From: Ignavibacteriales bacterium
GTDB taxonomy: Bacteria; Bacteroidota; Ignavibacteria; UBA10030; BY39
Length of the DNA: 62,380 nucleotides
Reading direction: 5' to 3'
Assembly: GCA_037443685.1 (NCBI GenBank)
Contig: JBBINX010000005.1
Coordinates: 1-62,380, forward strand
Made by a program: the position numbers and the translations under genes. The notes under the pieces were generated by a model. It had not been told where the DNA came from, did not search any database, and saw only the letters and a list, made by a program, of their open reading frames with translations. The number at the start of each line of letters is the position of its first letter. Positions within the stretch are counted from its first letter, which is position 1. This document shows positions 18,047 through 27,670 of the stretch, one piece after another.

Positions 18047-18958
18047 ATGAAATATTTTATTAAATCAATATTTGTTTTATTACTCAATATTTATGTATCG
18101 AGTATTTGTCTATCGCAAAATGAAACATATTCTGTCTTGAGAATAGACAGTATTATTTTATCACCATCGACTTTTTCTATTGACCAAGAAAATAATATCT
18201 ATATATTAGATAGCGAAAATAATGAAATGGCAAAGATAGGTATGAGTGGTAATCTAATGAAAAAAATTGGGGGTTTAGGGTCGGGTCAACTAAATTTTGA
18301 TTCGCCTGTTTCACTTAGTACCTCGCTCGGGTTGAATGTTTTTGTAGCCGACTACTACAATAACCGGATACAGAGATTTAATAAAAACTTAGAGTACATC
18401 GGTACACTATACACTAAAGACGATGAGCGTGAAGTCAACAGATTCGGTTTTCCTTCCCTAATAATTTTAGACCGTTTCTCAAATTTGTTTATATACGATA
18501 ACGAGAATAAAAGAATATTGAAATTCAATATCAAAAATCAGGTCGAAAGAATTTTAGGCAGTTATGAATATAATGAAGCAAAAATTAATAATCCCATAAA
18601 ATTCGAAACTAATTTTAAAGATGATATTATAGTTTTAGAGGAAAGTAGATTTGTAATATTTGACAATTGGGGTACTTTCTTGCGTTCTGTGCGATTACCG
18701 CAGGGTTACAAAGCAATAAGTTTTTCTATGGATCAAAAATATATTTACTCCGTCGCGGATGATAACCTGTTATTAATAACCAACTTAGACGGTAAGAAAT
18801 TACAGTCATTTAATCTGAAAGATTATACTGTTTTTTCAGATAAAGAAAATACGAAAGATATAAAAGTTTTAGGAGAAAAAATGTTTATTCTCACTTCTCA
18901 ACGTATATTAATTTTTGAAAAAGAGGTTGTTCTAAAATCTTTAGAGTTGGAAAATTAG
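18047..18958 (+). CDS. Secreted beta-propeller protein with NHL-like repeats
   Basis: Signal peptide present. FVADYYNNRIQRFN and LFIYDNENKRILKFN are NHL-type blade motifs. Confidence 0.45.
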   Translation: MKYFIKSIFVLLLNIYVSSICLSQNETYSVLRIDSIILSPSTFSIDQENNIYILDSENNEMAKIGMSGNLMKKIGGLGSGQLNFDSPVSLSTSLGLNVFVADYYNNRIQRFNKNLEYIGTLYTKDDEREVNRFGFPSLIILDRFSNLFIYDNENKRILKFNIKNQVERILGSYEYNEAKINNPIKFETNFKDDIIVLEESRFVIFDNWGTFLRSVRLPQGYKAISFSMDQKYIYSVADDNLLLITNLDGKKLQSFNLKDYTVFSDKENTKDIKVLGEKMFILTSQRILIFEKEVVLKSLELEN

Positions 18959-19052
18959 TATAAAAACATTATTTTATGTCAGTGATTAGTAGCGGAGTAT
19001 TTTCTTGACCATTGAATATTTTAAATAATTATTTTTAAAAAAGGAGAATAAA

Positions 19053-19478
19053 ATGGCTGGTAAAAGTTTAAACAAAGTGATGTTGATTGGTAATTTAGGT
19101 AAAGATCCAGAATTGAGATATACAGCAAATGGCACCCCCGTAGCTTCATTCTCGATAGCTACTTCAGATAGTTGGAAGGATCTCGAAGGGAATTTAACAG
19201 AAAGAACCGAGTGGCACAATATCGTCGCGTGGAGAAAGCTTGCCGAGATATGTGGAGAATGGCTGAAAAAGGGTCAAAAAGTTTACATTGAAGGAAGCAT
19301 AAGAAATAGGTCATACGATGATAAAAACGGTGTAAAACGTTATGTTACAGAAATAATCGCGGATGATCTAATTATGTTAGGCGGAGGGAAAGGAAATGCG
19401 GATATAGAATCTGACCATAAATCACCGCAAGCAACTTCACCAAATACAGAAGAAAAAGAAGACGATCTTCCATTTTAA
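19053..19478 (+). CDS. ssb: Single-stranded DNA-binding protein
   Basis: [32 protein letters not shown]...[14 protein letters not shown], with the acidic tail ending DDLPF. Confidence 0.95.
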   Translation: MAGKSLNKVMLIGNLGKDPELRYTANGTPVASFSIATSDSWKDLEGNLTERTEWHNIVAWRKLAEICGEWLKKGQKVYIEGSIRNRSYDDKNGVKRYVTEIIADDLIMLGGGKGNADIESDHKSPQATSPNTEEKEDDLPF

Positions 19479-19484
19479 TCGGAT

Positions 19485-20771
19485 TTGGAACTTGAACAGT
19501 TAACATATTTTATTTTATTTTTTATACTGATAGGACTATCGGCTTTTTTTTCTGGGAGCGAGGTGGCTTTTTTTTCTTTGAGTTCTTCGGAGAGAGAAAA
19601 ATTAGCACACAAAAAATCTTACGTTGCTAAAAAAATATTGCAATTAATTAATTATCCATCTCGTTTATTAGCAACTATTCTTATTTTAAATACAGTTGTA
19701 AACGTTTCTGCCGTTGTAATTGCAGCTTTTCTTACATTACAATTAGCCGATATTTTGGGTTACAATCAGGTGATATTGATATTAGTCGAAATTGTTGTTG
19801 TAACATTGATTATCCTGATAGTCGGTGAAATTACCCCTAAACTTATTGCAAAACGTTTTGCTCTAAATTTTACTACAATAGTGGTAATTCCGATGTCTGT
19901 TTTTATGTGGTTATTATTTCCTGTCACAAAACTATTTGAATATTTGCGAACAATTATCCAAAAGAAGTTTCAAGCTGATAAAAAGAGAAACACTATTAAA
20001 ACTACAGATATCGAACAATTGGCTGATGTTGTCTCGACACGCACAAATATCGATGAGCCTTCGAAAAACTTATTTCAAATAATCAGTGGATTATCGGATA
20101 TTTCTGTAAAAGATATTTTAATCCCGCGAATGAATATTACGGCATTCGATATTAAAACATCTTATGAAAAATTAATCGATGCAGTCAAATATTCCCAACA
20201 CTCATACATACCTATATACGAAAACAATATGGATAATATTTTAGGTATAATTCGTTCAAAAGAGTTACTCGTCTATCTGACGATCGAAAAATCATCGAAA
20301 GAATTTAAAATTACAAATTACTTGCAAAAACCCTTATTCGTTCCTGAAACAAAAAAAGTTATTGAAATGATCAAACAATTTCAGGACACAAGGATTCACT
20401 GTGCAATAGTTGTTGATGAACACGGAGGTACTGTCGGTATGATTACATTGAATAGTACGCTCAAATATTTGATGGACGATTATAAGACGATATTACAGAG
20501 CGATTTAAAACGGATCAAAAAAATGACCGCAACGACTTTTCTTGTAAGTGGATCAGTACCAGTAGAAACAATAGAAATAGAATTGAATACTTCTTTAGAT
20601 ATCGGAGAAACGGATATTTCGACTATCGGAGGTTTTGTTTTTCATTTAGCAGGAAAAGTCCCCGACAAAGGAGAAAAATTCACGTACAAAAATTTGATAT
20701 TTGAACCGATTAGTATCAAACAAAATCGCATCGATGAATTAATAATCACATTAACAAATGCAGTTATATAA
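19485..20771 (+). CDS. CNNM/DUF21-CBS-CorC_HlyC family membrane protein (hemolysin/Mg-Co efflux-related)
   Basis: N-terminal four-TM DUF21 with SGSEVAFFSL, a CBS pair region, and a C-terminal CorC/HlyC-like domain (TIGGFVFHLAGKVPDKGE). TTG start. Confidence 0.8.
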   Translation: MELEQLTYFILFFILIGLSAFFSGSEVAFFSLSSSEREKLAHKKSYVAKKILQLINYPSRLLATILILNTVVNVSAVVIAAFLTLQLADILGYNQVILILVEIVVVTLIILIVGEITPKLIAKRFALNFTTIVVIPMSVFMWLLFPVTKLFEYLRTIIQKKFQADKKRNTIKTTDIEQLADVVSTRTNIDEPSKNLFQIISGLSDISVKDILIPRMNITAFDIKTSYEKLIDAVKYSQHSYIPIYENNMDNILGIIRSKELLVYLTIEKSSKEFKITNYLQKPLFVPETKKVIEMIKQFQDTRIHCAIVVDEHGGTVGMITLNSTLKYLMDDYKTILQSDLKRIKKMTATTFLVSGSVPVETIEIELNTSLDIGETDISTIGGFVFHLAGKVPDKGEKFTYKNLIFEPISIKQNRIDELIITLTNAVI

Positions 20772-20788
20772 AACCAAAAAATAATTAC

Positions 20789-20856
20789 CACGAAGAACAC
20801 CCCCAAAACAAAGTTCACAAAGTGTTGATTTTGTTGAATCCTGTGTTATCTTCGTG
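20789..20856. repeat. Structured intergenic inverted repeat (cacgaag-type element)
   Basis: cacgaagaacac (20789-20800) pairs with gtgttatcttcgtg (20843-20856) with a one-nt bulge. A second perfect 9-bp hairpin, aaactgcct / aggcagttt, lies at 20900-20934. Confidence 0.5.
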
Positions 20857-20988
20857 AAAAAATTTTGTGATCTTCGAGGTTGATAGAATTAATTTTTTAA
20901 AACTGCCTATAAATAATTAACTCAAAGGCAGTTTGCATTTAATATTCAGTTTTCGTATAATTATAAGTAAAATCAATAGGTTATAGGA

Positions 20989-21909
20989 ATGAAAAAGTCA
21001 ACGAAATGGTTTCTGGGAATATTATTCACTCTGCTAACGCTGGGTGTTGGCTTCATGCTTTTAATATATATATCTATATTTGCACCGGGAGAAAATGAAG
21101 ACACCGATGTTGTATTGGGCAGCGGTGATAAGATTGCCGTTATTGAGTTAAAAGGAGTTATAACTGAATCTGAAAGAATTGTAAAACAATTTAAAAAGTA
21201 CAGAAAAAATAATTCAATAAAAGCAATATTATTTCGTGTAGATTCTCCGGGTGGGGGTGTAGTTGCCAGTCACGAGATTTATCAGGAAGTTAAAAACACG
21301 CGAGATTATGGGAAACCCGTAATAGTTTCGATGGGATCTGTCGCTGCGAGTGGTGGTTACTACGTATCGTGCGGTGCGAATCTTATAGTTTCGAATCCCG
21401 GTACCCTTACTGGTAGCATCGGTGTGATTTCGCAATTTCTTCGCCTTGATCCGATGTTTCAAAAAATCGGTATCGAAATGAATACAATAAAGAGCGGTAA
21501 ATATAAAGATGCAGGAAATCCCTTTAGGGGCATGACAAAGGAAGATAAAAAATATTTTCAGGATTTAATGGACGATGTACATTACCAATTTATCGACATC
21601 GTTGAGAAGGAACGTAAATTAGAACATCAAAAAATTATTGAATATTCGGACGGTAGGGTTTTTACCGGAGAACAAGCCTATAAAATGAAACTTGTAGATA
21701 CATTAGGAACTTTTGAAGATGCTATTAAAATTGCAGCCGATGTAGCGGGAATTAAAGGAGAGCCCGCAATAGTAAAAGAACAAAAGCGAAAAACTTTCGT
21801 TGAAAGATTTTTGGGAGATGTGAAATTCCAAGAACTTTTTAATTTCAAAGAAGAAATTTTTAATCATCCGATTTTACAATACAAACTTACTCAAGGAGGT
21901 CTCAATTGA
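20989..21909 (+). CDS. sppA: Signal peptide peptidase SppA, 36K type (S49)
   Basis: FRVDSPGGGVVASHEIY, SMGSVAASGGYYVSCGAN, GSIGV, and GRVFTGEQA after one N-terminal TM. Confidence 0.9.
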   Translation: MKKSTKWFLGILFTLLTLGVGFMLLIYISIFAPGENEDTDVVLGSGDKIAVIELKGVITESERIVKQFKKYRKNNSIKAILFRVDSPGGGVVASHEIYQEVKNTRDYGKPVIVSMGSVAASGGYYVSCGANLIVSNPGTLTGSIGVISQFLRLDPMFQKIGIEMNTIKSGKYKDAGNPFRGMTKEDKKYFQDLMDDVHYQFIDIVEKERKLEHQKIIEYSDGRVFTGEQAYKMKLVDTLGTFEDAIKIAADVAGIKGEPAIVKEQKRKTFVERFLGDVKFQELFNFKEEIFNHPILQYKLTQGGLN

Positions 21910-22232
21910 CAAAAGCTGACATAGTTGATGTGATTGCATCTGCCACAGGGTTGACGAAAGTAGAAACCGAAGCTGTAGTTGATGGCTTTATTTCTACAGT
22001 TATTAATGCCTTAAAAGATGGTAAAAATATTGAAATACGAGGTTTTGGTAGTTACAAAGTTAAAAAAAGAAAAGGTCGGATTGCCAGAAATCCTCGCACG
22101 GGCGCTCAAGTAATGGTTGATGAGCACTTTGTACCTCTTTTTAAAGTTTCCAAAGAATTAAAAACAATTGTTAACGAAAATCTCAAAAATATTCAATTCC
22201 CAAATGTAAATATTGATCCCATCAAACAATAA
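21906..22232 (+). CDS. HU/IHF-family DNA-binding protein
   Basis: MTKADIVDVIA..TGLTKVETEAVVDGF...IEIRGFGSYKVKKRKGRIARNPRTG. TTG start overlapping the sppA stop. Confidence 0.9.
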   Translation: MTKADIVDVIASATGLTKVETEAVVDGFISTVINALKDGKNIEIRGFGSYKVKKRKGRIARNPRTGAQVMVDEHFVPLFKVSKELKTIVNENLKNIQFPNVNIDPIKQ

Positions 22233-22253
22233 AATCAATTAATTATTATTATA

Positions 22254-22970
22254 GTGAGCGACTCAAAAATATGTAAGGTATGCGGTAATATTTCCGCGTT
22301 AGAAGATATATTCTGCTCAAAATGTGGCGATCAATTTTCAGCAACACCCGAAAAACCTCCAAATTTCAAATCTCGAAACCGTCATCTTGTTCTGATTGTG
22401 TTAATAGGAGTTGCACTATTAGTAGTTTGGCTTGTGAGGAAACCAGTCACACAAGAATCTGTACAGGACGGACAAGATGGTCATGTTCATTCAGAAGCTG
22501 ACGGACATGACCACAAGATTTTAAATATGGAAACGGTTGTAGAAGAGATAGCCGCGCTTGAAAAAACAGTTGCTGCTGATCCTCAAGATTTCGAATCACT
22601 TTTAGCTTTGGCTCATCGCTACCAAGACACAGGACAACTTTTAAAATCGATTAATTATTACACAAAATATTTACAATATAATCCCACTAACGCAGATGCA
22701 CGAATTGATCTAGGAGTAAATTATTATCAACTTGCATTTGAGGATACAATACAGAGGATGAGTCATTTTAAGATGGCGATAGCTGAAATGCGCAGCGCTC
22801 TGAAGTATTCACCGGAACATCAATTGGGTCATTTTAATTTGGGTATAATTAACTTGCAGATTGGAAATATCAATGAATCTATTAATTGGTTTAATAAATG
22901 TATCGAGATAGACTCGAGAAGCGATATAGCGAAAAAAGCAAAAGATATTCTAGAGCAACACATCCAATAA
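22254..22970 (+). CDS. Zinc-ribbon / single-TM / TPR-repeat protein
   Basis: CKVCGN...CSKCG zinc ribbon, one TM (LVLIVLIGVALLVVWLV), a His-rich linker, and TPR-like helices (YYTKYLQYNPTNADARIDLGVNYY). Confidence 0.6.
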   Translation: MSDSKICKVCGNISALEDIFCSKCGDQFSATPEKPPNFKSRNRHLVLIVLIGVALLVVWLVRKPVTQESVQDGQDGHVHSEADGHDHKILNMETVVEEIAALEKTVAADPQDFESLLALAHRYQDTGQLLKSINYYTKYLQYNPTNADARIDLGVNYYQLAFEDTIQRMSHFKMAIAEMRSALKYSPEHQLGHFNLGIINLQIGNINESINWFNKCIEIDSRSDIAKKAKDILEQHIQ

Positions 22971-22995
22971 TTTTTATTTTAGAAAGGATTAATTC

Positions 22996-23091
22996 ATGCC
23001 GAGTGGTAAAAAAAGAAAACGTCATAAAATGTCAACGCACAAACGTAAAAAACGTCTCCGCAAGATGCGCCATAAAAAGAAAAACCGTTAA
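22996..23091 (+). CDS. 31-aa highly basic micro-protein, bS22 / AURKAIP1-COX24-like ribosomal protein (absent from the ORF track)
   Basis: ATG 22996 follows gaaagga. Translation is MPSGKKRKRHKMSTHKRKKRLRKMRHKKKNR, matching the MPSGKKRKRHKM.THKRKKR motif I remember from the small conserved protein of Bacteroidota and relatives. Confidence 0.7.
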   Translation: MPSGKKRKRHKMSTHKRKKRLRKMRHKKKNR

Positions 23092-23186
23092 TAGAAAGTT
23101 AAATATTTTTTAAATGTTTACTTTACCTTAGTTGATGGGGTAAAGTACATAACGTATTTCTTTCGATTTCAATCATCTAACTTCCA

Positions 23187-24707
23187 ATGGACGAAATTTA
23201 TATGAGATTCATAAAACTCAAACGATCAATATTATTTATTAATCTGCTTACGGTGTTATGGAGTGTTTCTTCATGCACTCAACCAAAGTCGATAACGATA
23301 CTACATACTAACGATATTCACTCAAACTTTATACCTCATGAAGCTTTTTGGAAACGTGAAACGCCAAAACCGTTAGTAGGCGGTTTTAACGAATTGTTTT
23401 TAATTGCAGATAGTATAAAGAAGGTAAAGACGGCACTACTATTCGATGTGGGGGACGTGATGACTGGTAACCCGATTACAGAATATTCCTACAAAGGTGC
23501 TTACGGTGGAGCTTTATTTGAAATGATGAATATGTCCGGCTATGATGCTTGGTGTCCTGGTAATCACGACCTCGACATTTCACAAGACAATTTGATAAAG
23601 TTAACGAAGATTGCAAAATTTCCCACATTGTCAGCAAACCTCGTCAATTCAAAAAATAAATTAGCATTCAATAATAAAGAATATGTTATTTTCAATAAGG
23701 GTGGCTTGAGAATTGGAGTTATCGGGATTATCTCGCAGTCGTTATATAGTCTTGTTAACAAAAATAATTTAATCGATATTAAAGTATTGTCACCCGAAGA
23801 AACGACCCAACGCTTGGTAGATTTGTTAGACCCGAAAACCGATCTAATAATTGCTCTAACTCATCAGGGTATTCAGGAAGATTCAATTTTAGCTGCGAAC
23901 GTCACTGGATTGGATGTTATTATTGGAAGTCACTCCCATACTCGTTTAGTAACTCCAAAAATTGTCAACGATGTTATAATTGTTCAAGCGGGTGCGAATT
24001 TGGAAAATTTAGGTGAGTTAGAGCTAACTGTTGAAAACGACAAAGTTGTGAAGTACGAAGGCAAGCTAATTCAACTTTGGGCACGGGAAAATTATCGAAA
24101 GAACAAACTGAGTAACTTTGTGGAATCCTTTAATAACAGGATTAACAAAGATTATAGTGAAATTATCGGTGAGTTAGTAACCGATTGGAAACGGATGAAT
24201 GGCGAAAGCGGGATTGGCAATTTTATTACTGATGCTCAACGCGAAGCAGTCCATGCTGACGTTGGGTTTATGAATAACCACGGCATTCGGAAAGATTTAT
24301 CCGCAGGTTCGATTACAAAAAAAGATTTGTTCGAAGTTTTACCCTTTAGAAATGTTCTTGCTACCTTTCAATTAACTGGGAAACAGTTGAAATCGATCGT
24401 AGAATTTTATATTCGAAGGAAGTCTCCAATCCAAACATCAGGTATAACGGCTCAATACAAGAAAATGGATAACGGTACTATAGAATTTATAAAACTCGAC
24501 ATTCAAGGGAAACTGTTGGATGAAGAGAAATTGTATATCTGCGTTGCCAATGATTATTTAGTTGGAGAAGCAAAAAGACATTTCGGTCTTGAGATAAATG
24601 ATGCTATTTATTTGAAGCTCACTTTATTCGAAGAGGTTGAAAAAGCCATTAGAAAAGCTAAAAAAATAGAATCAAAAATTGAAAATCGAATCCAAGAAAT
24701 AAAATAA
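23187..24707 (+). CDS. Bifunctional metallophosphatase / 5'-nucleotidase lipoprotein (UshA-like)
   Basis: ILHTNDIHSNF, DVGDVMTGNP, GNHDLD, HSHT, plus a C-terminal 5'-nucleotidase substrate domain (GNFITDA, FP.RN). Lipobox-like SVSSC. The true start may be ATG 23202. Confidence 0.85.
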   Translation: MDEIYMRFIKLKRSILFINLLTVLWSVSSCTQPKSITILHTNDIHSNFIPHEAFWKRETPKPLVGGFNELFLIADSIKKVKTALLFDVGDVMTGNPITEYSYKGAYGGALFEMMNMSGYDAWCPGNHDLDISQDNLIKLTKIAKFPTLSANLVNSKNKLAFNNKEYVIFNKGGLRIGVIGIISQSLYSLVNKNNLIDIKVLSPEETTQRLVDLLDPKTDLIIALTHQGIQEDSILAANVTGLDVIIGSHSHTRLVTPKIVNDVIIVQAGANLENLGELELTVENDKVVKYEGKLIQLWARENYRKNKLSNFVESFNNRINKDYSEIIGELVTDWKRMNGESGIGNFITDAQREAVHADVGFMNNHGIRKDLSAGSITKKDLFEVLPFRNVLATFQLTGKQLKSIVEFYIRRKSPIQTSGITAQYKKMDNGTIEFIKLDIQGKLLDEEKLYICVANDYLVGEAKRHFGLEINDAIYLKLTLFEEVEKAIRKAKKIESKIENRIQEIK

Positions 24708-24722
24708 AAAGGTAAAATTTAA

Positions 24723-25847
24723 ATGTGGAAGACAGTTGAAGGTAGCACGGGCAGACTTATACAATTATGTATAGGGTATTTCTTTTTTTATATAATATTT
24801 GGTGTCGCGGTAAAATATTTTACTGAATTCCTAGTTACTCAGATCGGGCCTCCGGAAATGTTCAAAACCTTACAAATTAAAATGAATATGGAGTTTTTGG
24901 TCTATAGTACAATAGGCGGAAATCTGTTTGCTCTATCTGTTGTTTTTTTGTTCAGATGGTTCAAACTAAAATCTAATAACTCTATCACTTTTTTGGGTAT
25001 TAAAATGCCTGCCGAGATTGTATATATAATCCCTTCTGGCGTCTGTACCGCGGTTGTCATTCCAACAACAACATTGATGTACACACTGCCAATTTCAGTG
25101 ATGGTTGCCATGGTTATCATGAGGGGTAGTATTATTGTAATTTCCCGAATTATCGATGCAATACAAATCAAACAAAAAATTCTAAAAAAGAAAGTCTATA
25201 TACAGGAAGAGTTTGCGGTTATTTTCGCGGTATTTGCTGTAGGTATTCACCTGTTTTATGATAGAGGAGCAGGATTCGATTTTTTAAGCTATACTCCCGC
25301 TGTTATAATATTAGTTAGTTATCTTGTTGCATATTCGATACGCCTTTATATAATGAATTATTTTAAAAATACACGAGGGAAAGGGGTTCCACAAGACAAT
25401 AAAGGGTATTTCGCCATAGAGCAACTTTCTGCCGCTGTTACAGTCATTATAGTTGCTCTTATTTTATTCTCAATCAAAGATTCATCAATATTCCAGATTA
25501 ATCTCTTTCAAGAAGTACTCAGAAGCCCTTCTGAATATTATTCGTGGGAAATAGTTGCAGGGACAACTTTCGGCGCAGTAGCATTTTTCTCGGTTTTCCT
25601 ATTTATGTTCAAGGGTAGAACAGCTACATTTGCTGCACTAGTAAATCGTTTGACTTCTCTGATAGCCGGAACCGCAGCAACACTAGCTTTTCATTACCTT
25701 CTCGGGGGTAAATTTCCAAAAACCGCTGATTGGATTTCGCTTGGTTTTATTTTAGTCGCGGTTGGATTTTTATCGGTCGCAGAGAAGAAACGTATGGTCG
25801 AGTTGAAAACAGAAGGTGTATTAGAAACCGTCCCTGTAAAAAAGTAA
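24723..25847 (+). CDS. Polytopic integral membrane protein of unknown function (about 10 TM)
   Basis: Hydrophobic segments run throughout. No recognisable family motif. Starts 15 nt after the 5'-nucleotidase gene. Confidence 0.5.
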   Translation: MWKTVEGSTGRLIQLCIGYFFFYIIFGVAVKYFTEFLVTQIGPPEMFKTLQIKMNMEFLVYSTIGGNLFALSVVFLFRWFKLKSNNSITFLGIKMPAEIVYIIPSGVCTAVVIPTTTLMYTLPISVMVAMVIMRGSIIVISRIIDAIQIKQKILKKKVYIQEEFAVIFAVFAVGIHLFYDRGAGFDFLSYTPAVIILVSYLVAYSIRLYIMNYFKNTRGKGVPQDNKGYFAIEQLSAAVTVIIVALILFSIKDSSIFQINLFQEVLRSPSEYYSWEIVAGTTFGAVAFFSVFLFMFKGRTATFAALVNRLTSLIAGTAATLAFHYLLGGKFPKTADWISLGFILVAVGFLSVAEKKRMVELKTEGVLETVPVKK

Positions 25848-25858
25848 TAATCTACGAT

Positions 25859-25896
25859 ATAGATAGCCGTCATATCTAAATATAACGGCTATCTAT
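25859..25896. terminator. Bidirectional terminator hairpin between convergent genes
   Basis: Perfect 12-bp stem atagatagccgt / acggctatctat with a 14-nt loop. Confidence 0.7.
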
Positions 25897-25904
25897 CCAA
25901 GCGA

Positions 25905-26621
25905 TTATTTCATTGCTAAAACTTTCAACTTAGCTACGACTTTTTCTAATTCATCAGCGATCAATTTGGTGTCGAGTGTCTTCTCCGGTTCATTTTGAAA
26001 CACAGCGTAAGGAATTTTTATTCCTTTAACTTCGATATAGTTAGGGTCTTTTGCTTCTAATTTATCCCAATCATTTATTTTGTAATAAAATTCCATCTTT
26101 TCATCGGGAAGCGAGTGATACAGTATTGAGTCTTCTAATCCTTTTTTTGCGCGTCTTCTATTTTTTCGCACCGATTCTTCGTAAGAAACTTTAATGTAAA
26201 CCAAAACAGCTTTCTTTAAAATATCCTCATCTAAAAAGTTTAATGCTTCGTATATTCCGTTTTCACCACCTCGAGCGAATTCGATTAAAGTAGTCATTTT
26301 CGAGTGATAGTCTTTATCTTTTGCTAATCTCTTTTTATACTCTAAATTTATTCTTTCGATGTATAGATTCCAGATGAAATGTTCTTTGAACCAATACTTT
26401 TCATCGGTCCATAATCGTGGTTTTCCGTGTTTTGTTAAAATATCATCAATCTCGAAAGTTTCCCACACGTACAGAAAGTCGTCTAACTCTTCAAAATTAG
26501 AGATAGAAAATCGTTTTGATCTTTCATCAGGTTTCAGATGTTTTAGAAAGTCGATCAATTCTGATTTCCCAGCGGCGGGTCTACCTGTAATAATCATAAC
26601 AGGGAAGTTTTTATTTTCCAT
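25905..26621 (-). CDS. P-loop kinase-like ATP-binding protein
   Basis: Walker A in VMIITGRPAAGKSELIDFL. Size and layout resemble small nucleotide/sugar-phosphate kinases. Function unassigned. Confidence 0.55.
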   Translation of the reverse strand: MENKNFPVMIITGRPAAGKSELIDFLKHLKPDERSKRFSISNFEELDDFLYVWETFEIDDILTKHGKPRLWTDEKYWFKEHFIWNLYIERINLEYKKRLAKDKDYHSKMTTLIEFARGGENGIYEALNFLDEDILKKAVLVYIKVSYEESVRKNRRRAKKGLEDSILYHSLPDEKMEFYYKINDWDKLEAKDPNYIEVKGIKIPYAVFQNEPEKTLDTKLIADELEKVVAKLKVLAMK

Positions 26622-26786
26622 TATTAATCCTTGCAGTTAAGTTAATTATATGTTTATTAGTTTTATAAAAGTGGTTTAATGATAATATATATATCGATAA
26701 AAATCAAATGTTTGCTTTTTAAGCATTTAGTTTGTAATTTTTAGCTGCAAATAACATATATTCACATAAAAACCATAGGAGACAAC

Positions 26787-27170
26787 ATGGCAAACGAAAA
26801 TAACAAAACAGCCAAAGGCTTACTGATTGGATTTTTAGCTGGTACAGTCGTAGGTGCAGTGGTAGCGTTGCTATATGCCCCAAAACCTGGCAAAGAACTG
26901 CGTGCAGATATTAAACAAAAAGCAGGTGATCTCAAACACGACGCAGAAGAATATTTGAAAATTGCCAAACAAAAAGCCATCGATATCATTCACGAAGGGA
27001 AGCGTCAATCGGAGACATTAATAACTGACGCTAAAAATAAAGCCGCCACAATTTTAGCGGATGCAGAAAAATTGATAACGAACGTCCGAGATAAAACATC
27101 TGAAGAAGGGAAAAAGATTAAGGAAGCTGTTCAAGCTGGGGTAGAGGCATATAAAAAAGAAAAATCTTAA
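26787..27170 (+). CDS. YtxH-domain protein
   Basis: GLLIGFLAGTVVGAVVALLYAPKPGKELRADIKQKA followed by a long Lys/Glu-rich helix. Confidence 0.75.
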   Translation: MANENNKTAKGLLIGFLAGTVVGAVVALLYAPKPGKELRADIKQKAGDLKHDAEEYLKIAKQKAIDIIHEGKRQSETLITDAKNKAATILADAEKLITNVRDKTSEEGKKIKEAVQAGVEAYKKEKS

Positions 27171-27210
27171 AAAAGAGGTTTCCGGTTAAAAAAAACAAGG
27201 AGAAAATAGT

Positions 27211-27597
27211 GTGGGAACAGTATTAATAGTCGTTCAGATTGTTGCCTTTTTAGGTATTGCAATTTTAGCAGTAGCTTTAATCATCTTAATTAAACAGATT
27301 TTGGTGTCAGCTCGGTCCATCGAAAAAGACATCAATACAATAATAACAAAAGCATCACCTGTATTCGATAATCTAGCTGAGACTAGTAAAAGAATAAATG
27401 GTGTTACCGAAAATATCGAAAAACATATCGACGGAGTTCTTTATTCTATTAATTCTGTAAAAACAATTTCAGATGATATAGTCGATTTTGAAAAACGACT
27501 AAAACAAAAAATCGAAGAACCGGTTTTTGAAGCTGTCAGTTTTATTACTGCAATTGTAAAAGGGATTACCGCTTTTCTAGAGCGCCTTCGCAGATAA
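27211..27597 (+). CDS. DUF948-like membrane-anchored coiled-coil protein
   Basis: One N-terminal TM then a helical region. The usual partner of YtxH genes. GTG start. Confidence 0.5.
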   Translation: MGTVLIVVQIVAFLGIAILAVALIILIKQILVSARSIEKDINTIITKASPVFDNLAETSKRINGVTENIEKHIDGVLYSINSVKTISDDIVDFEKRLKQKIEEPVFEAVSFITAIVKGITAFLERLRR

Positions 27598-27670
27598 ATT
27601 AGAATTATTGTACTTTCAAATATATTTATTTACTCATAACCATTATCAATAAAGGAGATTTTATTATTAT

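Noticed and set aside
19209-19225. Other TGGCAC occurrences as sigma-54 promoters (e.g. 19209 in ssb, about 13993, about 35285, about 36265)
   Set aside because: All are inside coding regions and lack a TTGC/TTGA element at the required 5-nt spacing.
22898-23113. 71-aa plus-strand ORF spanning the end of the TPR gene and the following spacer
   Set aside because: It overlaps the well-supported TPR gene in another frame. It also covers, out of frame, the much better supported 31-codon bS22-like ORF (22996..23091).
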